Part shown: in pieces, positions 36,524 through 51,500 of the stretch
Layout of the letters: the number at the start of each line of letters is the position of its first letter
Position numbering within the stretch: position 1 is the stretch's first letter
Source: Antedon mediterranea
Lineage: Eukaryota > Animalia > Echinodermata
Assembly: GCF_964355755.1 (NCBI RefSeq)
Contig: NC_092680.1
Span: forward strand, 682,001-746,000
DNA: 64,000 bases
Direction of reading: 5' to 3'
Notes under the pieces: generated by a model
Told to the model about the DNA's origin: nothing
Database searches by the model: none
Seen by the model: the letters and a program-made list of their open reading frames with translations, nothing else
Program-made: the position numbers and the translations under genes

Positions 36524-39500
36524 GTAAGCAACAATTACTTTCGTTTCTTGATGTTCTAAAGCCTGTTTTCCTGTCGACGTTGAGTTGCGTTGAGTTGACA
36601 TATTCAACGATTTAACAGGAAAAGGGGGTAAAAATTAACGTTGAAAATCGTTAAAATCTTAAATCGTTAAAGTTCAACTCCGTTCAACTTTAACGATTAC
36701 GATCGTTACGATCGTTAAAACTGACCAATCAAATGGTCCACAAATTACGTCATTGCAGTTTGTGAAAAAATAGGTACGCGCTGACAATTCTTGAATGTTT
36801 ACAACGCGACGATGTTTTTCACCTTTTTTGTACACTTTTAAGGTCTGATATTAAAAAAAACAAGTGTAAGTTAAATTAAATTATAATATTAAACCAATTA
36901 AATTTAATGTTTGTCTTTAGTGTAAACCTAGATTAAGATATCAACGAAATGTCCTAGGCTGGGTTTAAGCATCAAAACCCGTAACTTTTTCAATTTTCAC
37001 ACGGTCCCGGCTGCGCGTGGCCGGCCTTAGTTTTGCAACACTTCACGTCTGCGTGTGTCTCAGCAACGCTCGAGAGAACCAAGAAACTATGAACGATCGC
37101 GTAAAAATGTGTAAATATTAGCGGTCCGACTCGATCATTGTCATCGCTATTTTATTTTCAACTTTAACGATTTTAAACTCAACGCAACTCAACGTATTTC
37201 AACGTCGACAGGAAAACAGGCTTTAGTTAATTGGAAATATTCACTTAACACGTGGAGTCGAACGCCTAAATATAACAATACACTATACTAATACCATTAG
37301 TAAGATGAACTCATAGTTCAAGGGTTGGTTGCAGGCGCTAAAATATGGAATAACCTACCAACTGAAATTAAATATACCCAACAATTGCTTCATTCAAAGC
37401 TAGATATCGATTTCATTTGTTTTTCACAAAACTAAACATTTTTTTCTCTGATTTTTTTTTTTGTATTTAAGACAGGACCACAATGCAAATCAGGATTTAT
37501 TTTACCTGATTGTATAATCATGTTTAAGGATGTTGTTAAATAAATAATAATAATAATATTATTACCAAATCCGAATGCGCAAATGACTTCAACTTCGGTT
37601 TTTAGAAAATTAACATTCACCGGACTAGATTTCACATAGTATCTATGCGCGGACGCATATCAACCAACTTTAAAAAATGGACACAAAACCACACATTTTT
37701 ATACATCTAAATGGTTGTTCTTGTTCAAAATGGTATATAAAATGATTAATTGTTTTAAAGTTCTTTGATTTACTAAAATTTACAACGCAAAACCAAACGA
37801 AGAAATCGAAATTAGTTTTTCTTAAACTTTCTTGGATTATCCTCAGTTCAATGGCTATCTTTAAAATCGATTTTGTCTTCTGTGTTGAAATTTGTTTCAC
37901 ATTTAGCAGTAGTATTATCCTTAAATATAAATTGATTATTTCCCGGTCAGTGCTACCAGATATAACTTGCATTTTTATAATCTTTTTTTATAATCATTAA
38001 CCATAGAATCCACATTTATTTTTTTTTAAATGAACTCTACATTCTCCAGACCAAGGTTCTGGAACTCAACATTCTTTAGGTACGTGCTATTTTTCCTTTC
38101 TTAAACGAAATAATTCAACATGATAGTAATACTGAAGTCCCCAGCATGGAGTTAACTCAGCAAGGGGGAAGGGGGTAAAGCAAAGCATCATTGAGTTAAT
38201 CAAACAGAGAGGTACAACTACTCGACAAGGAAATGACGTAGATGACGTCATGATCAAAAGGAACAATAACATCATTGTATCATTCTGTCGTTTCGTTTAT
38301 TTATTCGACCAGCATAAAATCAATACATTACAAAGATTTGTTAGATAGTTCTTTTTTCCCTTTAGCCTATATTTATTTAAGGCAAGCCAAAATATGAGCA
38401 CTGCAATTTCCATTATATTGGATAATATAAAAGAAATCTGTATATGTATATAAATACTTCTTACTTCAGCTCCCAGGTAGGCTTTCGCTTGACAGTGGTG
38501 CTAGCCTCTTTCTAAAAAAAAGAGATGACAAATGCTGGGCAGGGGCAGGTTATTTAAGCGAAATAACTCAAATGAGCCAGCTACGACTCAATGAAAATCA
38601 TAAGCTCTTATTGCTCTTATTGATCATGACGTAATTTATTTGGGAATCATCTTGTATCTTTTCATTTTGAGATCAAATTAGGCTACTATAACAATCATAA
38701 TTTGTACAATATAGAAGAAATTTAAACAGATAAATAATTGTCACCAAGAACACCTTTATGTATGTTGAGACAGACGCATTGAAGACATCATTCATTATTA
38801 AATTCTATAATAAAAAAAATAGTTTTATATATAATGATTACAAATAGAATGTTGCTTTGTATCCAGGGAAGAGTGAAAGTAATTGTAATTTCACTCTTCC
38901 CTGGTATTACTAACTAATTATGGGTTTCACTAACAACAAACAACAAGCAACACTAATATAAATACAAAGTTAATTAAAATATGTTATTGTTGGTGACTGT
39001 TGAATAATTTAAATACAGTTAAGAGAAACAGGAAGAGGCAGTAAATTTATCGAAATGTTCGTACGATGTCCTCTGATGCTGAAGTAATTCTGTGCAGTTT
39101 ATTCTGTTTATTTTAATGATTTATGAATAATTATTGTGATTTGAACAAATTAGAAAACTGTATGTCAATGCCTTGTAAGAATGGCGGAACATGCCTAACA
39201 CATGGTGATATGTTCTCGTGCACATGCGCCACTGGTTTCTATGGAAGTTTCTGTAACGGTATGTATGATTTCTTATTCATTTTTCCAAATTGTGTTAATG
39301 ATGCTGGGAGTGACGTTAGATTTGGTAATTATGGTAGGGTAGGGTGAGATTGGGTGTGGGATTATGGTAGGGTGCGATTGGGTGTGGGATTATGGTAGGG
39401 TGAGATTGGGTGTGGGATTATGGTAGGGTGAGATTGGGTGTGGGATTATGATAGTGTGAGATTGGGTGTGAGATTATAGTAGGGTGAGATTGGGTGTGGG

Positions 39501-42500
39501 ATTATGGTAGGTGAGATTGGGTGTGGGATTATGATAGGGTGAGGTTGGGTGTGGGATTATGGTATGGTGAGGTAGGGTGTGGGATTATGGTAGGGTGAGG
39601 TTGGGTGTGGGATTATGGTATGGTGAGGTTGGGTGTGGGATTATGGTAGGGTTAGGTTGGGTGTGGGATTATGATAGGGTGAGGTTGGGTGTGGGATTAT
39701 GGTATGGTGAGGTTGGGTGTGGGATTATGGTATGGTGAGGTTGGGTGTGGGATTATGGTAGGGTGAGGTTGGATGTGGGATTATGGTATGGTTAGGTTGG
39801 ATGTGGGATTATGGTAGGATTATGGTAAGGTTAGGTTGGGTGTGGGATTATGGTAGGGTGAGGTTGGGTGTGGGATTATGGTAGGGTTAGGTTGGGTGTG
39901 GGATTATGGTAGGGTGAGGTTGAGTGGGGGATTATGGTAGGGTGAGGTTGAGTGTAGGATTATGGTAGGGTGAGGTTGGGTGTGGGATTATGGTAGGGTG
40001 AGGTTGAGTGGGGGATTATGGTAGGGTGAGGTTGGGTGTGGAAACAATAGAATGTGGTGTGATGATGATGGTAGGAGAGAGGTTTGGTGTGACAATGGCT
40101 GCCTAGCTTTCAAAGCTATGAACAATATTTCCCCTTGGTACATCACCCAACGATTTTCCACTGTTCCGATACGCTCTATGAGGACTAGGGCTGCTTCCAG
40201 AGGCGACTTACTGGTACCCAAAGTCAAATTGGAATGTTTCAGGCTTTTTAGGTTATATGCATGATATGCATATAACCTCTTGATTCTGTAAAAATCTTTA
40301 TTTATTTATTTATTTATTTATTTATTCTTTCCTTAGCACTATTTTGTCCGTGCATTATCTTGGCATCAGTTTAATCTAGCTAAGTCAAGTTTTCAGAGTA
40401 TATTCCTCATGGCCAGGAATCGATGTGGTTATATTTTCACGATGCGTAATCAAAAGTTACGCGGTCTACGCGCGATTTTACGAAATCACGTTTGTAATCA
40501 TATCTTCACAAGCATAAATCACAATTAAACAAAATTTGGTACTCATAAATTTCAGGTCATATTTCATCATATGGCAATAAAATTACGTGCGTAGCGCATA
40601 TAACGCTTGCGTACGCGCGCTTAAAATGTTCAAAATTGTCAAAATTTATTTTCGATGAAATTAGAGTACGTTTCAGGCAATTTTAAGCGTTTAAAAAATT
40701 GCCATGAGTGCGCAGATTTTTGCACGCGCACTGCGCGTTAAACGTTAATGCGCACTCTTTTTGCCCGATTTCTGTTTTACAATCTTTCTTTAATAATATC
40801 ATCATATTTGATTCAGGTTTCAACTCGAAATTGCGTTATACGAGCACGTCAAAAGTGACTGGCTACGCACGTATAAGTTAACAAAATGGTGAAAATATGC
40901 TAAATTTTAAAATTAATATATATCGTCAGAATGCAGGGGAACACCTATTTTTTATTTTATTTTCTTGAAGTGTATGTATCATATGTATGATTTATTATCA
41001 AATAAAGAGAACAAAAGTTGATTAAGTCATCATTAATTGCATATTAAATTTAAAAAAAATAATTTCGACAATCAAACAATTTATGACATTTTCTTAGGCC
41101 AAAATAACAAAACTTAACATTAACTTTCTTCCTTCAAAAATTCATATATTAAAGTTAAAAGTATGTAGTTTGACAGTGCATCATTTGTATACAGTTTAAA
41201 GATGTCATCATAGTAAAAAATTATAATTCATTTCGGTATGTAATAATCTATTTGCATCAAAGTGGTTACTGCACAGTAAATACACGGAGGAATTTTTCTA
41301 CAACTTTTAGTCAGTTGTGTACGGCTCGGTGGTCTGTGCTCGTGTCTATGGCATTCAAGGTACCGAGATCGAGTCTCACCTTGAGAAACGAAATAAGATT
41401 TTTTTTTATTATCCGTATTGTTTGTTCAAATTTATTTCTTAGTGTATAGATTATACACATGATTTATAATGAAATCTAGATAAAAATTAACTTATGTCTT
41501 TATTATTATGTAACAACAAATGTGGTTTATGACATTATACGCATAATGGATCTTTGATCGGATTATGATACCGGCTATGGTGTTCGCGTTAGCAAGGTCC
41601 TATCATATATTATAAATAATTAAAGATTCTGAGAAAATCAATCAATCAATATATCTTTTAAAAATCAATTATCTTTATTTAAATCAATGCATATAACCTA
41701 TAATTCGTCATAGTGACGAATTAAATCTAGTTTTTATTTATTCTGCTAGTATTTTATATAATTTATTACCTTCTGTTTTAAAAGAATGTACCAATATTAA
41801 CTCGTTTAAATTTAATTTAAAAAAATACATTTTATCGTAATTGTCTAATTGAATATGTTTTTAGATAATCATTTTTTTTAGATAATTGTTTTAAATTTAA
41901 ATAAGTATATAGTAGATTCGTATTAGTTAAGTATAGTTTTATATATTTTGTCATTTTCAAGAGGGCCCCTGGATATCAGTAGGCCTGCGGGTTCAGCTGG
42001 AAGGGTTACCCTCTATAAATAAAGTTGAAATAAAATAATAAACTAAAAAAGATGATGATGTAGGTGGCAATACAGGGATCTCGACTATTGATATTATTGT
42101 GTATAGATACATGTGGTAGTGCATCATGCCAAGACGTAAGTCCATGTAACGGTACTCAAGCACAGCAATGTGGTGAATGCGTTCCAAATACCAATCAGTG
42201 TCAAGATCTCACATACGGTATGACGTCACATTCATACTTTATTTATAAATAAAAACACTTTATGTGATGATCTGTTTCATTTTATTTATATTCATTTCAT
42301 TTTATTTCATTATATCAAAAATGTCATGGGACCCCAAAAGCAACAGAGTCACCATAACATGAAATGTCTGGGGGCCCACAAGAACGTAATTACTTTAAAA
42401 TAAAGTATAAATTATTATTTAAATATAATATTTAGATGTATTACCTAATTTCTGTAGACAGACTTTCATGTATGAAACCATTTGATGCATGGGGGTGTTT

Positions 42501-45500
42501 AGTATAATAAAAAATAAATAAAAACATAGTTAAATTTAATACAAATTGAATGTCTAATAAATTAATTATTGATTTAAAATATTTTTAGGTAAATGTTCAT
42601 CAATTAATTATTGTGTTAATGGTGGTACTTGTGAACCGAATCCCACTCGTGGTTTTGATACATGTGATTGCGATACGTATTACGATGGATTTTATTGCCA
42701 AAAAAGTGATGGTAAGCGTCGTTTTGATATCTAATTGCAAACATGTCAATTTCGTGTTTTACGAATATTTTATTATTGATACTGACCATAAAAGAAAATG
42801 AGAAACTGGTACAGATCAATTTCCACTAAAGAGGAGTCTTCATAAAAGCATCATGACTAGGCCTACTGCAGGATAAGTACTATATAATAATAATAATGTT
42901 ACACACAATAATAACAATAATAATAATCATAATCATAATCATAATAATTTATTTGAACATACACTTTTGTAACCGTGGCACACTTTGATATAAAAGTGCG
43001 TTCTACATCAATATTTACTAAAACCACATTACAATGCTAACTATAAAACGACTATAAAAATGTAATAATAATGAAAACCAAACAGTACCCTGATATTTAA
43101 AAAAAATCACAAGATCAATGTCCACTTCTATGTAAGCATCATGCAATAGCTTACTACAGGCTATTATAAGTACTGTATACAGGTAATCTGTTTACGAGTT
43201 TAATGGTATTATTTGTCTTATAAAGCTTGGTAACGTAACGCAACCTACGCAACGTAAGAAAATGCCCTTCCAAAAAATGTGTTTGCTCCCGCCTGCGTAA
43301 AATCAAACCCGCGATGTTTGCATCGTCGGTTCCCACAAGCGATTACGCAATTCAGAACTTTGCGTCAATACGTCGTAGCGTTGCGTTACGTAGCGTCGCT
43401 AGTTCAACCACGCTTCAACAACCTACTGTCCTAATGTTATACTGCATTAAGTATCATCATGAAGAACTCCATGTTATAATTACTATGTAATACCTGTTCA
43501 CGAAGCAGGCAGATCTTAATACTTTTATTATTTAAAGGTGTTTTTGATTATGATGTATTCTGCCCTTGTGATCTGAGCTCTAAGCCTATATATATGAACA
43601 AAACGTCATCTACAGTCAAATATGAGGATGAGGATGTATCGGAGATATTTACCTGTAACGGCATCAATGGCCTAACCACTAATATATACATCATTGGTCT
43701 ATCTAAACTATTTTGTAATGAATATATGTCTAATGGTAGCTGTTTGCTGTTGATCTATGGTGATGGTATGTAAGGAAGATTATCGATTTAATTTAAATAT
43801 ACCTCCTATGCATAATATCCAGTGTTGTTTTTTATATTAAAAGTATAAAATAATGTATAAATTTGTCAATTTTGCAACAGCTGCTTTTGAATGACGTAGC
43901 AATGAATTTTCCATCGACGTGATATTTACGAGACTTGCGAAAAAGGTCTCAAAGTTGCTCTCGGATGAGATTCGAAGCCACAAACTTCAGACCACTTTTC
44001 CTTGATTTAACTTATAAAGTTTTATTTCATTTTTATAAAGCTTCAACTCATTACAATACTTGCCCACAATTTATTCGGATTAATTATATGAATAATGACG
44101 TCACGTTAAAATGGGACCAAAACCATCTCATCAAAAGCAGGCATGAATATACTGCTACAGCTACTTGTGTTGTATCATCGTCAACGCCGACAAGTACGAC
44201 TCCTATGTTTCAAATTAAGTGCAAGTTTGAAGGATGTGATTTTTCCGTTGGTGTAAAAGGTAATTTATCTCTTGGTTCTCACTAGTGACGCAACGTAACG
44301 CAATCTACACAACATTAGAACATGCCCTTCCAATCATTTTGTTTTCCACCTTCCTGTGTGAAATCAAACCAGCTATACGATGTTTGCAGTACTATTGCGT
44401 CGTCGGTTCCCACTTGTGATTACGCAATACAGTACTTTGCGTCGATACGTAACTGCGTCGCGTTCTAGTGGGAACCAAGCTTAAATAATGCATTAAATAA
44501 CCGGGCATGTAAAGTGGGGAGGGGGGGGGGGTGCGGGAGTAAAAAAGAGTGTGTATGTTACTACAGTAGAACCTCTTCTTTAGGACACCCCAATTCATCT
44601 GTCACTTTCACAATGTGAAACGAACAATGGATATTTTAACACTGCACGGTCAACTCTTATTAAGGAGACACCCGCATTATGGGGACACGTTATTTGGTCC
44701 ACATGTGCCAAAAAGTACACCTGCATGATTCACTTAAGAATTGGGTACATATTAGGAACAATCCCATCAAATCAATTTTGCTTTACTACCAATATTATTA
44801 TTATTTATAGATAATACAAAGCCGAATATAACGTGTCCAAAGTCTATGGACGTTGATGCAAAGTCCAGTCTACCCAGCTAGCAATTTGACATTGGCCCGA
44901 CGTCGGCAAGCGTCGGCAGACGTCGACAAAGTCGCGGGCAAATTGCCGACGTTATTACAACGTTATTACAACGTGTACTATAAGTCGTGAATTTAATGGT
45001 TGTTAACCTAACGTCCTGCCGACGTCGTATTTACGTTGAAAAATTGACAAAAAAATGTGCCTTGCGATTACATAAATCCAACGTCAGTTTGACGTCGTTA
45101 TCATTGGTTGGCACAACGTCTGCAAACGTCAACATATTAAAGTAATTTTGACACGTCGCATCAACGTTGGCAAAACGTTGTAAAGAGTTGTCAACAATCA
45201 AACGTCGTCACAACGTTGACAATTTGCCAATATATGACAACTTATCAAGTCGGCAAATTATTGTTGGTTTAACGTCGCCATTAGTCGTTGGTTCACCGTT
45301 AGCGAATGTCGACACACTAAAGTCATTTTCCTCACGTTGCACCGACATCGGCTAATGGTTGTAAAATTTATGTAGGCATTTTAACGTCTACCCAACGTTT
45401 GAAATTGGATACAAGACTTTAAGCATTTGGGTTGTTCATTTATGTCGATTCAACGTCAAATAAAAGTTGTTAAGCCAACGTCAGCAATTGTCAACAACAT

Positions 45501-48500
45501 TACATTGACTTGTTCCACGTCATACAGACGTTGGCTTATAGTTGTATACGTTAAGTCGGATATCAAACGTCGTGCCAACGCTTGAAATTGACGCAAAATA
45601 CTATCATTTATGGTCACTATTCTAGCGTCAGTTTAACGTCAAATAAAAGTTGTTAAGCCAACGTCAGCAATTGTCAAAAATATTACATTGACTTGTTCCA
45701 CGTCATGCAGACGTTGGCTAATAGTTGTATACGTTAAGTCTGATATCAAACGTCGTGCCAACGCTTGAAATTGACGCAAAATACTATCATTTATGGTCAC
45801 TATTCTAGCGTCAGTTTAACGTCAAATAAAAGTTGTTAAGCCAACGTCAGCAATTGTCAAAAATATTACATTGACTTGTTCCACGTCATACAGACGTTGG
45901 CTTATAGTTGTATACGTTAAGTCTGATATCAAACGTCATACCAACGCTTGAAATTGACGCAAAATACAATCATTTATGGTCACTATTCTAGCGTCAGTTT
46001 AACGTCAAATAAAAGTTGTTAAGCCAACGTCAGCAATTGTCAACAACATTACATTGACTTGTTCCACGTCATGCAGACGTTGGCTAAACGTTGTATACGT
46101 TAAGTCTGATATCAAACGTCGTGCCAACGCTTGAAATTGACGCAAAATACTAGCATTTATGGTCACTATTCTAGCGTCAGTTTAACGTCAAATAAAAGTT
46201 GTTAAGCCAACATCAGCAATTGTCAACAACATTACATTGACTTGTTCCACGTCATACAGACGTTGGCTAATAGTTGTATACGTTAAGTCTGATATCAAAC
46301 GTCGTGCCAACGCTTGAAATTGACGCAAAATACAATCATTTATGGTCACTATTCTAGCGTCAGTTTAACGTCAAATAAAAGTTGTTAAGCCAACGTCAGC
46401 AATTGTCAACAACATTACATTGACTTGTTCCACGTCATGCAGACGTTGGCTAAAAGTTGTATACGTTAAGTCTGATATCAAACGTCGTGCCAACGCTTGA
46501 AATTGACGCAAAATACTAGCATTTATGGTCACTATTCTAGCGTCAGTTTAACGTCAAATAAAAGTTGTTAAGCCAACGTCAGCAATTGTCAACAACATTA
46601 CATTGACTTGTTCCACGTCATACAGACGTTGGCTAATAGTTGTATACGTTAAGTCTGATATCAAACGTCGTGCCAACGCTTGAAATTGACGCAAAATACA
46701 ATCATTTATGGTCACTATTCTAGCGTCAGTTTAACGTCAAATAAAAGTTGTTAAGCCAACGTCAGCAATTGTCAACAACATTACATTGACTTGTTCCACG
46801 TCATGCAGACGTTGGCTAATAGTTGTATACGTTAAGTCTGATATCAAACGTCGTGCCAACGCTTGAAATTGACGCAAAATACTAGCATTTATGGTCACTA
46901 TTCTAGCGTCAGTTTAACGTCAAATAAAAGTTGTTAAGCCAACGTCAGCAATTGTCAAAAATATTACATTGACTTGTTCCACGTCATGCAGACGTTGGCT
47001 AATAGTTGTATACGTTAAGTCTGATATCAAACGTCATACCAACGCTTGAAATTGACGCAAAATACAATCATTTATGGTCACTATTCTAGCGTCAGTTTAA
47101 CGTCAAATAAAAGTTGTTAAGCCAACGTCAGCAATTGTCAACAACATTACATTGACTTGTTCCACGTCATGCAGACGTTGGCTAATAGTTGTATACGTTA
47201 AGTCTGATATCAAACGTCGTGCCAACGCTTGAAATTGACGCAAAATACTAGCATTTATGGTCACTATTCTAGCGTCAGTTTAACGTCAAATGAAAGTTGT
47301 TAAGCCAACGTCAGCAATTGTCAAAAATATTACATTGACTTGTTCCACGTCATGCAGACGTTGGCTAATAGTTGTATACGTTAAGTCTGATATCAAACGT
47401 CATACCAACGCTTGAAATTGACGCAAAATACAATCATTTATGGTCACTATTCTAGCGTCAGTTTAACGTCAAATAAAAGTTGTTAAGCCAACGTCAGCAA
47501 TTGTCAACAACATTACATTGACTTGTTCCACGTCATGCAGACGTTGGCTTATAGTTGTATACGTTAAGTCTGATATCAAACGTCGTGCCAACGCTTGAAA
47601 TTGACGCAAAATACAATCATTTATGGTCACTATTCTAGCGTCAGTTTAACGTCAAATAAAAGTTTGTTAAGCCAACGTCAGCAATTGTCAACGACATTAC
47701 ATTGACTTGTTTCACATTGACTTTATAGTAACAATTGTATTACTGGTTAAGTCGGATTTTAAACGTCGTACCAACGCTTAAATATTACAAACATATCGTG
47801 TTTATTCCAAACTTGATAGAGTAACTGATTGACAACTTACTAAATAATACAATACCCCACATAGAAAAGTTGATTCAAACAAAATGCAATATTATGTTTT
47901 GATATGGATATTAAAGAAAAGTAGGCCTATATTCTTCTTTAGATTGTTTCTAAATATTTTTGAACATTAATTAGGACATCTAACTTTATATATTAAGAGA
48001 ATGTCTGTACACTTATCGTTTGAATGCAGCTATTGAAATGGAATGATTGATTTAATGATGGTCATCCTAATTATGGTTCCATTTAAAATAAATGGCGCCC
48101 CCATTCAAGAAACTGAATGGAATCAAAGATCTTATAAAATTAATGAAAATACAAAATCTACAATTTACAAGGAACCAATTATTGGTATTAAAAGATAAAT
48201 ATTGAAATATGTACTTGGCTATTTTTCTAAACGGAAAAATGCAACCATACCACCATACATCATAAATGCAAAATAAAGAAAAACGATTAAGTTCATTCCA
48301 CTGATAATACGTTTAATTGCATTTTCATTTCAACAGCCTAACATTAAATTTATTTAAAAACATTTGTCAAGATAGATATTGGGAATACACCTCCATTTTT
48401 TCGCAATATAAGAGAAGCTAATAACGAATTGACAAATGGTCAAACAATAAACGGTCTCAGAAAACGATGTTATAACGTTCATGATCTGTAATGTTCGCTG

Positions 48501-51500
48501 ATATTATAAAAACTAAAAAGTAGGCATAGGTTAAGTTTAATTCGTAGTAAGATATATGTGTGTATTATATTATATACTCCAAAGTAACTAAATTCTACAG
48601 AGGCTTCAAATTTAATTTATGTAAAAATAAAAATTGTACATGAATGTTAATGAACTATTTGGGCTTATAAACTTATGTTATGTTATGTTCTAAATTACCG
48701 AACGTAAAACAAAAAATGATGAGATACAAAAATGTGGATAAAGAAAGAAATAATGCGCAAGACATAAAATTAAAATAATACATTATTATGTAAGCAGTGT
48801 ATAAATTGTTGAACAAAGTATTAATATAGTTCATATGTTATATATTATTTGTCTTGTTAAATAAATTTGTAAGGCCCTATACTGTTATTCTTTAAGGAAA
48901 GTTGATATACCCTATTATTTTATGCCTATTAATAGTATTAATATTGTTTAAGTAAATATTTTGTCTAATTGCCTTGATTTTGTGTATAGGCCAATGGCAT
49001 CAAATTTGTCTCAAAGCAAATTAAAGACACTTTTAGACACATGATTCATTGATTTCTGATATAATATTCTGTACTTGTGTATGCATTACTAAAATAGTTA
49101 TATTATGTTTCATTTATAATGTATGTAAACATTTATTCATTTTTTTAAAACAAATCGGTGCACTTTTTCTGTTGTTTTTGTTTAATTAATTTTAATTAAA
49201 ATTATGACAACAATTCCTATCTAACCTAGATTCACACAAAAACAATTACTTCCTAATAAAATTGTATAATGGTATACATTACAGAGCATTGAATAAACTC
49301 GAGCGGAATATTAACGCACATAAAAAAACATTCATTTTCTTGTCGAAAAGTGCCCTCTCTAGTTTTCTATTGATTTAATAATTATTAATAATTAATTAAT
49401 GGGTAATATTAAAATATTTTTAACTTTTAATGTTAGAAGTTGGTTCTACTCCTAACCAAGTTTCATATCTCCAAATTTCAACAAGGTAGACAAAGCACTT
49501 CAATAAATATCACATTTAACATCACAAATTAGGGTTATGGATTGAATTTTTGCTAATAATTTTCGATAAAAAATACTTTTCGTATTTAAAAACATTTGAT
49601 ACTTGGTGTGAATATTCAATATAAGTTGCTCTATCCATATTGCTAAAGAAAAATAAATATCAAACCATAATTCACTGATTGTTGTGATTTACGTTTTTAC
49701 AAAATTTACACTTATGAACGACCATACAATTCCAACTCATTTTTTCAACCTAAGAACGATTTAAAAAAAAAAAACCAACAGAAAAGGGTTATGAAAGCAA
49801 TTTTGTTTCTGTGAATAGAGCAACCTATATTGAACATATAAAACGAGTTTCAACTGTTTTTAAATACGAAAAGTATTTTTTATCGACGTTTTTTATATAT
49901 GTTTTTAGGCAAAAATTTCTTCAATAACCCTAATTTGTGATGTTAAATATGATATTTATTGAAGTAATTAGACAACGTTGTTGAAATTTGGAGATATGAA
50001 ATTTTGTTAGGAGTAGATCCAACTTCCTACATTAAATGTTAAAAACATGTTAACCTTACCCATTAATTAATTATAAATAATTAATAAATCAATAGAAAAC
50101 TAGAGAGGGCACTTTTCGATAAGAAAATGATTATGTTTTTATGTACGTTATTATTCCGCTCGAGTTTATTCAACATACTGTATTGTATACTACAGTAATA
50201 TACTATTTTATTGGAAAGTAAATATTTTTGTGTGAATCTTCTTGGAGTTCTTTGAAAGAGTATCCGCTTATACTTCTTTTCTTCAGATTCAACATCTGAT
50301 TTAGGTCTTAAATGTGCACACACACTTCCTGAACCAACATAGTACATTGAAAGTCAAATGAATTGTTTTAACTTTTTTTATTGAAAACAATCTGACTCAA
50401 AACATATTATCAGTGACAATAATAGAAAGGTTAGATAGGTTTGTTGTAATAATTTTTAATTAAAATTAATTAAACAAAAAACAACAGAAAAGTGCACTTT
50501 TTTGTTTTAAAAAATGTAAAAAAATGAATAAATATTTACTTACATTATAAATGTAAACATTTCGATAAGAAAATGATTATGTTTTTTATGTACGGTATTA
50601 TTCCGCCCGAGTTTATTCAACATACTGTATTATTATACTATTTTATTGGGAATACATTAATTTACACATTCATAGAAATATATGGTTCATACTTTTTTAA
50701 CATAAATATTTAGCCATTTACTTTGATCGATACATTTATAATTTATACCGATAATAGTACACCTATTATTGTATAGCATTACCATGTTTTCACCCATATT
50801 AATAATTCTGCATTTTCAATTCAATAATCAATTTCATTTATTTATTTCAACACACATTTAAATCGGTGATTGACAGCAAAATAAATAAACAACAGGCGCG
50901 TATCTTAATACATGTATACTATTTGTAAATATTATAAACAAAAAACATATATATAGAAAATGAAATGAAGTACATTTAGACCATTTTGAGCATATTTTCA
51001 CTTATTATTAGGCCTATGTCAAAAACCGAAATTGAAAATGATAAAAAAAAAAGCTGAATGAAAAAATATTTAGGCCTACACATGTTGCGGGGATATATTA
51101 AAAAATGATTTCGTAATTGGTACTTCTCTTTAAAATGTACTAATTTCACTATTTATTTTGTTTGGATTTTGAAATTATTAAATACGAATTATACTACTTT
51201 TATCCATATGTACTGTACGATATTTGTACTAAATCATTTCTCCAAATAAACATTGTGTTTAAAAACTTAAATTGCTCTCTGTTTGCGCTGTATGCAACAT
51301 TACATATACGCATTGGCTTCGGTTGGGGGAGGAGGGGGAATTACCAACCTGACGTTTATTACAATATCGGAGCAACAGATACTGTAATGCGTAAGTTCAA
51401 CAAAAGATGCGCGTAGGCCTACACAGTGTTTGTGCGAAATGTGTGTTTCATTAAAAATGCGAGACCCGTGACGTGTTAAAACTCTGTGAGCTGATATTAT

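Noticed and set aside
45452-47780. Regular array that might suggest CRISPR
   Set aside because: Whole 183-bp units repeat with no unique spacers, there are no cas genes, and the context is eukaryotic.
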